Shown piece after piece: positions 50,153 to 59,567 of a DNA stretch of 64,000 nt (positions are counted from its first letter, which is position 1; the number at the start of each line of letters is the position of its first letter). The notes under the pieces were generated by a model, which was not told the origin of the DNA, ran no database searches, and saw only the letters and a list, made by a program, of their open reading frames with translations. The stretch is from the NCBI GenBank assembly GCA_038212275.1, contig JBBQUR010000002.1, positions 96,001-160,000 of the forward strand, written 5' to 3'. Made by a program: the position numbers and the translations under genes. Source of the stretch: Planctomycetota bacterium. GTDB lineage: Bacteria > Planctomycetota > B15-G4.

Positions 50153-50258
50153 GCTCGCGCTGCAGCGCGACGTGCGCGACGTGCGCGACGTGCGCGACGT
50201 GCGCGAGGTGCGCGACTTCCGCGACCGCTTCACGCTGCACTGGCTGCCCGGGCTGGGC
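50153..50258 (+). repeat. Right direct repeat (orphan ChaN 3' end with expanded CGCGACGTG units)
   Basis: LALQ-(RDV)x4-REV-RDF-RDRFTLHWLPGLG versus LALQ-RDV-RDV-RDRFTLHWLPGLG. Confidence 0.88.
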
Positions 50259-50300
50259 GGGAGCAGCGCCGGCGCGCCGTGAGCGGCCGGGGTCGCGGCT

Positions 50301-51179
50301 TCAGACGGGGTCTTCGCCGGGTGTCGTCGGCGCGGCTGCGTCCGGCGCAACGAGTTGCACCGGGATCTGCACCTCGAACCACTTCTTCCCGTCACGGACG
50401 TCGGGGCCGTTGTAGTTGAGCACGCGGATGGGACCGGCGGGCTCCAGCGCCGGAAGCGCGAGCAGCGCGCTGCGCAGCGTCGCCAGGACCTGCAAGGCAG
50501 ACTTCAAGCCGTAGCTCCCGAGCGCCCCGGCCGAGAGGTAGACGCGCGGCACCGAATCGATCACGGTGACGTCGCCGTCGCGTTCCGTCGCTCCCAGATC
50601 CTTGTCGCGATAGAGGAAGGCCATGCTCCAGGAGCCGTCTTCCAACTCGCCGTCCAGCGCGAGGCCGCCGTAGTCCATCTCGACGGGCGCGGTCATCGCG
50701 ATGTCCTTCGACTGGATGTGGCGAAACAGCTTGAAGAAGCCGACGTTGGAGGCGAGGTCGGGGGCCATCGAGCCGGTGACCTCGGCGCGGCGCACGCTCG
50801 AGTAGGCCTTGAGCTCGAGGGCGCCAGGCGCGGTCGGGCGCGGATAGCCGACGGGCAGCGGCGTCGTGATGCGGCCATCGCCGCAGATCCACAAGTCGGC
50901 GCCGATGCGCGACACCTCCAGCAGCGGCTTGCGGCCGACGGGGATCACGTCGCCGGGTTCCGGCAGGGCGTCCGCGGCGTACACGACGACTGTGTGCGCG
51001 GTGGCGGGCTCGTGGGGCACGGCATCGGGCGGCGATCCCTGCGCGCAGGCCGCGGTGGCAGTCAGCGCCACGGTCAGGGTCATGACGAGGCCGCGGCACC
51101 GCGGCGGTGCGCCACGAAAACGAAGCCCGTCAACCGGAGGGCACGAGGACGGTGAAGAAGAAGCGGGATTCACGTTCAT
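50301..51179 (-). CDS. SOUL-family heme-binding protein, probably exported
   Basis: GFFKLFRHI..IAMTAPV, MAFLY, YNGP...WFEVQIPV. Confidence 0.85.
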   Translation of the reverse strand: MNVNPASSSPSSCPPVDGLRFRGAPPRCRGLVMTLTVALTATAACAQGSPPDAVPHEPATAHTVVVYAADALPEPGDVIPVGRKPLLEVSRIGADLWICGDGRITTPLPVGYPRPTAPGALELKAYSSVRRAEVTGSMAPDLASNVGFFKLFRHIQSKDIAMTAPVEMDYGGLALDGELEDGSWSMAFLYRDKDLGATERDGDVTVIDSVPRVYLSAGALGSYGLKSALQVLATLRSALLALPALEPAGPIRVLNYNGPDVRDGKKWFEVQIPVQLVAPDAAAPTTPGEDPV

Positions 51180-51258
51180 GGAGCGCTCCGGAGAGGGAAG
51201 TCCCGGCCCGCCGCACGAGGCGGCGGGCCGGGTGTCGAGGCGATCGAGGCGCAGAGAA

Positions 51259-52155
51259 TCAGCGCGGAAGCAGAACGGTGTCGATCACGTGGATGATGCC
51301 GTTCGAGGCATTCACGTCAGCCGTGATGATCTGCGCGCCGTTGACGGCGAGTCCGCCGTCCTTCGCCGTGAAGGCGAGCGTGCCGCCCTGCAGACTCTTG
51401 GCGGACTTGGCCGCCGCCGCTCCGGTGGAGTCCACCCTGCCCGCGACGACGTGCAGCTTGAGGATGCCGGCGAGCTTCTCCTTGTTCTCCGGCTTGAGCA
51501 GCCCTTCGACGGTGCCCGCCGGGAGCTTGGCAAAGGCGGCATCGGTCGGGGCAAAGACGGTGAAGGGACCGCCGTCCGAAAGGGTCTCGGCCAGGCCCGC
51601 GGCCTTCGCGGCAGCGAGCAGCGTGGCGAACTGGCCTGCAGCAGCGGCCACCTCGACCACGTTCTCGTCGCTCGGCATCAGGACCTGATCGATGACGTGG
51701 ATGACGCCGTTGCTGGCCATCACGTCCGCCGTCAGCACCAGCGCGCCGTTCACGGAGACGGCGCCGCCGTCCGCCTTGAACGCGAGGCGCTCACCCTGGA
51801 GCGTCATCGCGCCGGTCTGCTTGGTGACCATCGCGGCGTCCAGCTTCCCGGGGACGACGTGGTACGTGAGGATCGCCACGAGCTTCGCCTTGTTCTCGGG
51901 CTTCAGGAGTTCCTCGACCGTGCCCCGCGGGAGCTTGGCAAAGGCTTCGTCTGTCGGCGCGAAGACGGTCAGCGGGCCGTCGGCCTTGAGGGCATCGACG
52001 AGGCCCGCGGCCTTCACGGCGGTGACGAGGGTGGTGAAATTGCCGGCACCAGCGGCGGTGTCGACGATGTCCTTGCGCTCCTGGGCTGACGCCGGACCGG
52101 AGAGCAGCGCCATGGAACCGAGCAGCGCAAACGAGATGAGTGATGGGGCATGCAT
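51259..52155 (-). CDS. Secreted protein with two fasciclin (FAS1) domains
   Basis: Two copies of [10 protein letters not shown]...L..HVV.G...ASNG.IHVID. Confidence 0.95.
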   Translation of the reverse strand: MHAPSLISFALLGSMALLSGPASAQERKDIVDTAAGAGNFTTLVTAVKAAGLVDALKADGPLTVFAPTDEAFAKLPRGTVEELLKPENKAKLVAILTYHVVPGKLDAAMVTKQTGAMTLQGERLAFKADGGAVSVNGALVLTADVMASNGVIHVIDQVLMPSDENVVEVAAAAGQFATLLAAAKAAGLAETLSDGGPFTVFAPTDAAFAKLPAGTVEGLLKPENKEKLAGILKLHVVAGRVDSTGAAAAKSAKSLQGGTLAFTAKDGGLAVNGAQIITADVNASNGIIHVIDTVLLPR

Positions 52156-52356
52156 GATGATTTCAGGTCTCCTCTGGGACTCGATCCGGCGCTTTCGGGC
52201 ACGGGGATCGACGTCTTGGTTGTCGGATTGAAACGTTCATACCGTTCATAGCATTCGAACCTGCCGGCGCCAGCCCGGCTTCGCTATTCCATGTTTTGCA
52301 GACTATGTGGCCATTGAGGCATGGCCTCCCCCGGCCTATAAACGGTCAAAGCAACC

Positions 52357-53235
52357 ATGATCAACGAGCCACCCAAGCCCTATCTGAGCCCGGCGGAGCT
52401 TGCCGAGGTGCTGGGCCTGTCGGTCTCCACACTCAAGCGCTGGACCGACAAGGGCCTCCTGAGGGTGGAGCGCACGGCAGGCGGGCACCGTCGGATCGCC
52501 ACTCACGAGGCCCTCCGCTTCGTGCGCGAGTCGGGCCTCAAGCCCGTCCTGCCGCAGCGGCTCGGCCTCAGACTCTCGGGACTGGCCTCTGCAGAGGATG
52601 GCGCGAGTCCCGAGGCTGTCGCGAGCGCCGACGCGCACCTCGGCCAACTGCTGCTCTCGGGCAGCTCCGACGAGGCGCGGCGTTGCCTCGTGGCCGCGTT
52701 CGTGGGCGGGGTGCCGGCAGCCGTGCTGGGCGATGCCTGGGTGCGGCCGGGACTCGAGCGCGTCGGCGAACTCTGCATGCATGGACCCGACGGCATCGCC
52801 ATCGAGCACCAGGCCAGCGACGCGATCATGCGCGCCCTCGCCGAGATGCGCGCGCTCGTCGAGCCGGCGGCCAGCGCGCCGATCGCGATCGGGTGCTCGC
52901 CAGCGGGCGACCCCTACGTGATTCCCTCGGCGCTCGCGGATCTCGTGCTCGCCGTGAGCGGCTTCCGGAGCACGAGCCTCGGTGCGGACCTGCCGCGACC
53001 CGCGTTGCTGGCAGCCGTGGCGCGGATGCAACCCCGGCTCGTCTGGCTCAGCGTCTCGGTCGACGAAGCCGAGGGATGCGGGCGCGCCGCACTCGAACGC
53101 CTGGCGGCGACCCTCGGCGAGCGGGGTGCTGCCCTCGTCATCGGCGGGCGCGCGGCACCCGAACACGTCACCGGCGCGACGATGTTGCGCGACCTCGGCG
53201 CCCTGCAAGCCTTCTCGCGCGGCCTGCTCTCCTGA
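52357..53235 (+). CDS. MerR-HTH plus B12-binding-like regulator (CarH/LitR-like architecture)
   Basis: LSPAELAEVLGLSVSTLKRW..RTAGGHRR; PGLERVGE..EHQAS; SLGADLP; VIGGR. Confidence 0.85.
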   Translation: MINEPPKPYLSPAELAEVLGLSVSTLKRWTDKGLLRVERTAGGHRRIATHEALRFVRESGLKPVLPQRLGLRLSGLASAEDGASPEAVASADAHLGQLLLSGSSDEARRCLVAAFVGGVPAAVLGDAWVRPGLERVGELCMHGPDGIAIEHQASDAIMRALAEMRALVEPAASAPIAIGCSPAGDPYVIPSALADLVLAVSGFRSTSLGADLPRPALLAAVARMQPRLVWLSVSVDEAEGCGRAALERLAATLGERGAALVIGGRAAPEHVTGATMLRDLGALQAFSRGLLS

Positions 53236-53383
53236 CGGCGACGTCGCGCAGCGCTCAACCCCGGAACCGGAACCTGCGCTGGACAGGAGAGGGCAGCGAG
53301 CGCACGTTGCTCCGCGAGACACACCATGAGCAGGTCGACATGCCGTCAGCACCCACTCCGAGCCCGCTTCAGGACACATCACG

Positions 53384-54049
53384 ATGAACACCCGGGACGC
53401 GCTCTCGAAGCTGAAAGCACTGGGCAACGCCAGCGTGCTCGCGCGGAACAAGCGGAACGGCGCCGGCGACAACCAGTTCGGCGTCCAGCTCGGCGACATC
53501 CGCAAGCTGGCGACGACGATCAAGGCCAACCACGAGTTGGGGCTGGCGCTCTGGGAAACCGGGAACATCGACGCCGGGCTGCTGGCGGTGCTCCTGATCA
53601 CTCCGAAGAAGCTGTCGGGCAAGGAGCTCGATGCCATGGTGCGGTCTGCCACGTTCCCGCAGCTCGCCGACTGGCTCAACGCCTACGTCGTCAAGCAGCA
53701 CCCCGACAAGGAGGCGATGCGCGAGAAGTGGATGCAGGCGAAAGATCCCATGGCCGCCCGCGCCGGCTGGAACCTGACCGCCGAGCGCGTCGCGAGGCAG
53801 CCCGACGGTCTCGATCTCACGGCGCTCCTCGATCGCATCGAGTCCGAGATGGCAACAGCGCATCCAGCAACCCAGTGGACGATGAACAGTTGCCTCGCCC
53901 AGATCGGTATCGAGTTTCCGGCCCACCGCAAGCGCGCCCTCGCGCTTGGCGAGTCGCTGGGGATCTACCGCGACTTCCCCGTCTCGAAAGGTTGCACGTC
54001 GCCCTTCGCGCCGATCTGGATCGGGGAGATGGTGAGGCGGCAGGCTTGA
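53384..54049 (+). CDS. DNA alkylation repair protein (AlkD-like HEAT family)
   Basis: FGVQLGDIRKLA..NHELGLALWETG..QWTMN. Confidence 0.8.
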   Translation: MNTRDALSKLKALGNASVLARNKRNGAGDNQFGVQLGDIRKLATTIKANHELGLALWETGNIDAGLLAVLLITPKKLSGKELDAMVRSATFPQLADWLNAYVVKQHPDKEAMREKWMQAKDPMAARAGWNLTAERVARQPDGLDLTALLDRIESEMATAHPATQWTMNSCLAQIGIEFPAHRKRALALGESLGIYRDFPVSKGCTSPFAPIWIGEMVRRQA

Positions 54050-54173
54050 GTCACCGCCGCATGTCTCTCCATCTCACCTTGCTAAGATCAAGTCGCTCGC
54101 CCGTGGCCTGCCGCGATGCCACCGTCGTAACGACTCAGGCATCACTCCAGCAGCTCGGATCGCCCTGTGCGGC

Positions 54174-55172
54174 TTAGAGCTCGCGGTCCACGCGCTGGAG
54201 CACTTCGTCGACCAGCGTGCTGAACGGGTCCAGGTATTGCTCTCCAACATGCAGACGCGAGTCGGGAATCGGCAGGCGACTCCAGGCGAGGTAGGGCTTG
54301 AATCGTTCGACGATGTCACGTGCTCGGGATGCATTCACAACCGGCGCCACCTGCGACTGCGAGGCTTCCTGCGCCCACGTGTGCGTCGCGACGAGGAATC
54401 CGAATGCGTGACTCCAGAAGCGCCAGGGCGGGATGTCGAACGGCGCGGATGCCTCGCTGAGAACGGCGTTCTTCGCGGGGCGATAAGGATCCCAAAGCCG
54501 GAGCACGCCTGCCCAGGCGTCCTCGTCGAGCGTGTACATGGGAGGCCGATCGGCACTCGCTTCGATGAACCTGGCCAGGGACATCTCGGCGGCGGCTCTC
54601 GCCACCGAGGCACGCGAGTAGGAGACCGCCTTCGACATGACGCTCTCGGTCGCCCAGATTCCTTTCTGCTGAAGCGCTGAACTCGCTCCGATCAGGAAGG
54701 CCATGAGATCGGCCTTTGCACCGACTCCGAACCCCGCCCGCAACCGAAGCATCAGTGTGGACGGTTCCAGCAGGTGCAACTCGACTGGGCCCTTGCCTGT
54801 TCGCGCTGTTTCCTCGGAAGTGTTCCCACCTGCGAGCTTCTTCCAGCGGGCATCGCCTGCAGTCATGGCCACCGATGCAAACCAGCCCACGCCGCCCTGC
54901 AGCATCGCTTCGGGGAATGCGGTCTGGATGGTCTTCAACCGCTGCACGCTCAGCAGGCGTGCACCACGATGAGCCCACCACCACAGGACATCGCGAAGGC
55001 GCTGCTCCCGATGTCGCATGGCAAGCGATGCCAGCACCAGGGCCTCGGGGTCGATGATCGCCTGCGCCGGGCGCTCTCCCGCGACCAACCCCTCGCCCTT
55101 CAGCGCGCGCCACTGTCGCCAGCACGCACGCACCGTGGCTTCTTCCGTGCGACTAGCGACGGTCGCGTACAT
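54174..55172 (-). CDS. Hypothetical protein with an internal winged-helix-like segment; partner of the nucleotidyltransferase
   Basis: 332-aa ORF overlapping the upstream gene; IDPEAL, LRLRAGFGVGAKAD, YSRASVARAAAEM. Confidence 0.7.
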   Translation of the reverse strand: MYATVASRTEEATVRACWRQWRALKGEGLVAGERPAQAIIDPEALVLASLAMRHREQRLRDVLWWWAHRGARLLSVQRLKTIQTAFPEAMLQGGVGWFASVAMTAGDARWKKLAGGNTSEETARTGKGPVELHLLEPSTLMLRLRAGFGVGAKADLMAFLIGASSALQQKGIWATESVMSKAVSYSRASVARAAAEMSLARFIEASADRPPMYTLDEDAWAGVLRLWDPYRPAKNAVLSEASAPFDIPPWRFWSHAFGFLVATHTWAQEASQSQVAPVVNASRARDIVERFKPYLAWSRLPIPDSRLHVGEQYLDPFSTLVDEVLQRVDREL

Positions 55173-55731
55173 GGGTGATCACCCTCGCCACGGCATCGGG
55201 AAACGTCGGGGACATGTCCTGGGTTTCGACCCAGCGCCGGGCGCGCTCGAGTTCCTCGTCCGTGGGCAGGAGTGCCACCAGATCCTGTCGATGGACGCTC
55301 TGCGGCCACTGGTCCACGGACGCGATGAGCTTGAGCGTGATCAGCGCCTGGCGCCCGGCCAATCCCACTCGCAGGCCCCGGAACCGCAACCACTCGACAT
55401 CCTCGCGAATGCCGTCGGGCAGTCCGGTCTTCCACTGGGCCCCGACGGTCGCGTTGATCCAGTCAGCATCGATGTTGAAGTCGCGGGCAACGCGTTTGAT
55501 CGCGTCTTCCAGAGCAGCGCTGATCCCCGGTTGGATCCACTCATCGCCGGCATCGGAGACCACCGCGATCACATCGACGTCGTTGGTCGTGCGTTGGACC
55601 CAGCCTCGAAGGCAGAGCGCTGCACCTCCGACCACGATGACGGACGCGGTCAAACCCTGTGCTTCGAGGTGGGCACCCACCGCATCCAGGAGCCTGCGCA
55701 GCAGGAGAGCGTTGAACTCGGCGTCAGCCAT
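55153..55731 (-). CDS. DUF6036-like nucleotidyltransferase
   Basis: VIVVGGAAL...RTTNDVDV, DWIN, LKL, H.QD. Confidence 0.8.
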   Translation of the reverse strand: MADAEFNALLLRRLLDAVGAHLEAQGLTASVIVVGGAALCLRGWVQRTTNDVDVIAVVSDAGDEWIQPGISAALEDAIKRVARDFNIDADWINATVGAQWKTGLPDGIREDVEWLRFRGLRVGLAGRQALITLKLIASVDQWPQSVHRQDLVALLPTDEELERARRWVETQDMSPTFPDAVARVITHVRDRR

Positions 55732-55858
55732 GATTGATCGATAATCGGCCGAATGCGCTCAATAATCAAGCCTATTGCACCGTTTATCCAGACGAACTTG
55801 TCGCAAACGGCCGAGAAACGACCGAATCCGGCCCTACCCGCGTGTGAGGGACGCTCCT

Positions 55859-56250
55859 TTAGCCGCCCTCGCGCTCGAACTCGAAGCGCCTGGGGCTGCC
55901 GCCCTCGGTGAAGCCGATCGTGGCGCTGAGGCCATCCGCGGCCGAGAGCTCGTACACGATGCGCTTCGGGTAGTCGTGGCTCGGGTTGTCGAACACGGCG
56001 CGTGTTCCGGTCAGCTCGGTGAGCACGAACTCGGTCGGATCCGCGCCGCCGGGCTGCGCGACGTCCTCCGCATGGCGGTAGAGCCCAACCGATAAAGACG
56101 TTTCACTCCAACCCGAGGGCAACACTCACGAGCAATCGGACTGGGGCGGTGGCGCGGTCGAGGCCAGAGCCGTCGAGGCCGACGCGCTCGAGAGTGCGCC
56201 GAGGGTTGCGAGGAGTGCGAGCGCTGTGGCCAGCCGGATGCGCGTGTGCA
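55859..56250 (-). pseudogene. DUF6265-like secreted protein, disrupted
   Basis: Signal-peptide fragment (MHTRIRLATAL...) ends in a stop; C-terminal VAQPGG..TEF..AVFDNPSHDYPKRIVY retained. Confidence 0.65.
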
Positions 56251-56945
56251 TGGCGGCGACCTCATTCGAGTTGTAAGTCGTGCGGGCGGCGTGACCGCGT
56301 TGCGGCGAAGTCCGGTGGCTGGCCTGGGGGGTTGCCGCGGGGCGCACGATAACGGTTGGCGTAGCGCGCTTGCGAAGTACGAAAGCCGCCGGTGATCCTC
56401 CGGTCGGCCTCCGGCCGCCTTCCGAAGCACCAGGCTCCGTCTTCCGCACACCTCGTTTCTTGTGACCCGTGGACACCTCCATCTCTGCATTCTCCTCTCA
56501 GAGTGTGGTCCACGGAAATCGTGGGGCGGTAGGGCCAGTTCGCGCACAGAGGTGACCACTCGACAACCACGACCGGACCGACGCGACGAATGTTCAGACC
56601 TGCCTCATCCGATGTATTGCGCCTCCCCCCTCCTCCCCGTGGTGCACCATGACTTCCAGTCAAGCGGATGCCGCCGCGTCGTCACCCGACGGCACCCGCA
56701 CTTCATACTCACGACAGGATCGACGTCATGTAATCCAAACAGACGCCTGCCGCGACGAGGAAGATACCGCCGCCAGCGGACACCGACCTCGCCATAGGTT
56801 GAAGAGCGCCGCACCGTTCCGCCCGAATTCCTCGAGTCCAACGAAGATGTACTTCTTTTGGACCCGCCTGGCGGCGACAACTCGCGCTCGGCGCCGTTGT
56901 TGTCGACCAATGCGATTCTGAGACGTATGCCGGGCGCTTCGGTCA

Positions 56946-57908
56946 TCAGGGAGATGTCATCAGGACGGTGTTGGACGTCTCGAAGCCCTTGGATAGCGAA
57001 ACATCCAGGATGTAGGCCTGTGCGTAAAGGACAAAGCCCGGGGGAACATTGTCCGGCCACGAACCGCCGAACTGGGTTGAGCCACTCCCATCGGTGGTGC
57101 CGGTGAGCAAGAAGCTCGGCATGAACACCAGGGAGCAACCCTCACGTGTCAGCGTGGCCGGCTGTGTTCCCAGCATGAGGACAGTCTGGGCATTGGAAGC
57201 GGCACCCAGCAGGGAGAGGGTGACGGGCGAGAACGGCTGCAGCGTTCCGGTCGCGAAGAGTGCTGCCGGCAAGTTCGTTCCGCAGGCGTTCTCGATGGTC
57301 GTGAACACGGTAGCGCCCGCGAGATTCACGTTATCAAGATAATCAGTATCAGGCCCGGATTGATACTCGGCGCGAATGCGCAGGCCGGTGATCGCCGCCA
57401 ACGCACTCTGCATCTGCACCTTCGTGGCAGCAACTCCGCCGCTGTTGCCAATGCGCCAGCCCGCCTCGGTCAGCGGAACCACATACGAAGTCCAGGTTCC
57501 ATCGACTGCCGGGTTTGCGGGCGTATCATAAACCAGGGTGATGCCGGCCCCCACCAGGATCACGTCGTTGTTATTTGAAAACTGACTCGGAGCGCCGATG
57601 ACCTGCCGCAGATCGAACGTCAACGCCTTCCCATATGCGTCGGAGTGGTTGCCGAGAAATTTCGCGGATGCGACAAAATAAGTGACTCCACCAATCACCG
57701 CGTCCAGGATCGAGACGGTGCCGTCTGGATTTCCATCCACGGCCACCCACGTCAATGGGGAGGCGAAATCGCCGGCAGCCGTCCAACCATCCACGTCAGT
57801 GTCGAACGTGCTGCTTGCCTGAGCCATGCTGGTCGCCGACCCCAGTCCGGCGGCGAACAACATCGCGAAAAATGCAATCAACATTGTCTGTGCGAGATGC
57901 ATTCTCAT
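56946..57908 (-). CDS. Secreted laminin IV (laminin B)-like protein with the conserved C-terminal domain
   Basis: STFDTDVDGW..GNPDG..YF.A..KFLGN..AYG..L.FD...LRIRAEY..DTDYLDNV; lower GC. Confidence 0.82.
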   Translation of the reverse strand: MRMHLAQTMLIAFFAMLFAAGLGSATSMAQASSTFDTDVDGWTAAGDFASPLTWVAVDGNPDGTVSILDAVIGGVTYFVASAKFLGNHSDAYGKALTFDLRQVIGAPSQFSNNNDVILVGAGITLVYDTPANPAVDGTWTSYVVPLTEAGWRIGNSGGVAATKVQMQSALAAITGLRIRAEYQSGPDTDYLDNVNLAGATVFTTIENACGTNLPAALFATGTLQPFSPVTLSLLGAASNAQTVLMLGTQPATLTREGCSLVFMPSFLLTGTTDGSGSTQFGGSWPDNVPPGFVLYAQAYILDVSLSKGFETSNTVLMTSP

Positions 57909-58433
57909 GTTCTCTTCTCCGATTATCATGGGTTTTTTCATGAACACGAAACAACTCTGAAAGGAACTACATTTTCCAGCAGCCACCCTCCAGGTCTTGG
58001 AATGAACTGGGAATGGCGATGCGTCGCGGTTTATTCATGAGCGGTGCTTTCCGCGAGCGGGCGAACTTCTTGCCGCGATGAGTGCGTCGGACGGCATGAG
58101 AGACATAGAGACTTCCACGCTAAGATCCTTCGCATTCGTTCTTCTCGAGCTGTCCATTGGGGTGACATCACGACTTTCGGGGAGAAGGTGTCGAGCGTTC
58201 CGCGATCCCTGCCGAGTGACACGCACAACGGTGTGGACGGTGTGCACGGGGTAGTTGACCCCGGCCTCCTTCGATGTGTGGGGTGCTCCATTGATAAAGG
58301 CGGCAAAAGGCGTACTTCAGTGCCACTTATCGCGGCACGCGGCGAGGAGGTCGAGGTTCTGCTACAAAATGGACCATCCCGCAGAGCGCAATGGATGCGC
58401 CTGCCCGCGCTCCTGGTCATCCCAAGGAAGGCA

Positions 58434-59567
58434 ATGAAGTACCTCACGCGAAACATCTACCGCTCGTTTCGCGAAGAGTTCGTCGATCACATGGTTGCGA
58501 ATGATGGCTGGCCGGAAGGGGCCATCCGCACACGGCTACTGGTTGAGAAAAAGCATCCAGCCAGGAGGCAGGATTATTCTCGCCTCCAGAACGGCGAAAT
58601 GGGGCCGGCCCACTACGCTCGCGCCTTGATCGAGATACTTCTGGAGAACTCCAAAGGGCGCATCACGCGTCACACGAACATACTGCTGGAGTACCTTCAC
58701 ACCCGCGGCTTCGAAACGGTAACGGTCAGCGACGTCGACGTGGTGCTCTCACAGGTATGCTCTCCGCCCATGCGCGAGTCTCGCGACGGCATGGTCAGTC
58801 CTTACAAGCACGATTCGCTTCGACATTACGGCTCAGTACTGAAGACGTGGCCGGTCACCGCGCTCTACACGCGCATGATCGCCGGAATTGGCGGACGCCA
58901 TTCTCTGGCTCTGGCTGCACACTGGATCTATGTGCGGGCGGCTCAAGAATTGGCGCCACGGAGTCAGTCCATGACCGAAGCCGAGTGCGTCGAATGGACG
59001 AACAAGCGGCTTGGACTGTCGGAGGACGAGTGTGCCGCATATCTGCATGCGCTCAGTAACAAAGAACCCTGGTCGGTCCTCTTTGCTCGCAAGGGTCGCT
59101 CTTCCTTCGGTGTCAGCGTTGCCGTTCCACTCCAGCAACGCATCTACGAAGAAGTGCGATCCGGAAAAATGGGTCTCTTTGATATTGAGCCGAAGCATAT
59201 TGAATCTCCCTCGAACCACCTCGCCTTTATCGCTCTTGCCGAGAATCCGGATGCGTACCGAGAGGGCAAGGATCCCACCAGGCTGTTACTTGGTGCGGTA
59301 GCGGCACAATACGCAGCTCTGTTCCGCTGCGGTCGGCCCGGGCGACTGCCGACGTACAAAGTGATCGCCCCTGAGGGGACCCGATCCAATCGCGACCGCA
59401 TGATCGCCAGCCAATTCCGCGCGCTGAGTTCACATGACCCTCGCCACAAGGTGAGGCTATGGGAACGAGAATTCGATTTCGAGACTGGCGAGGGATTGCT
59501 GCCGATAGAGGTGGTGATTCTTAGAAAACTCGGCGCGTCCGCGGGGTCGGCGCCGCCCGTCGTCTAG
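58434..59567 (+). CDS. Hypothetical protein (possible HTH plus GNAT-like domains)
   Basis: AAGGAAGG RBS; 377-aa ORF in lower-GC DNA. Confidence 0.65.
   Translation: MKYLTRNIYRSFREEFVDHMVANDGWPEGAIRTRLLVEKKHPARRQDYSRLQNGEMGPAHYARALIEILLENSKGRITRHTNILLEYLHTRGFETVTVSDVDVVLSQVCSPPMRESRDGMVSPYKHDSLRHYGSVLKTWPVTALYTRMIAGIGGRHSLALAAHWIYVRAAQELAPRSQSMTEAECVEWTNKRLGLSEDECAAYLHALSNKEPWSVLFARKGRSSFGVSVAVPLQQRIYEEVRSGKMGLFDIEPKHIESPSNHLAFIALAENPDAYREGKDPTRLLLGAVAAQYAALFRCGRPGRLPTYKVIAPEGTRSNRDRMIASQFRALSSHDPRHKVRLWEREFDFETGEGLLPIEVVILRKLGASAGSAPPVV

Noticed and set aside
56260..56940. Possible attC site or decayed gene; imperfect inverted repeat at ~56467-56515
   Set aside because: No convincing paired R/L boxes or coherent reading frame
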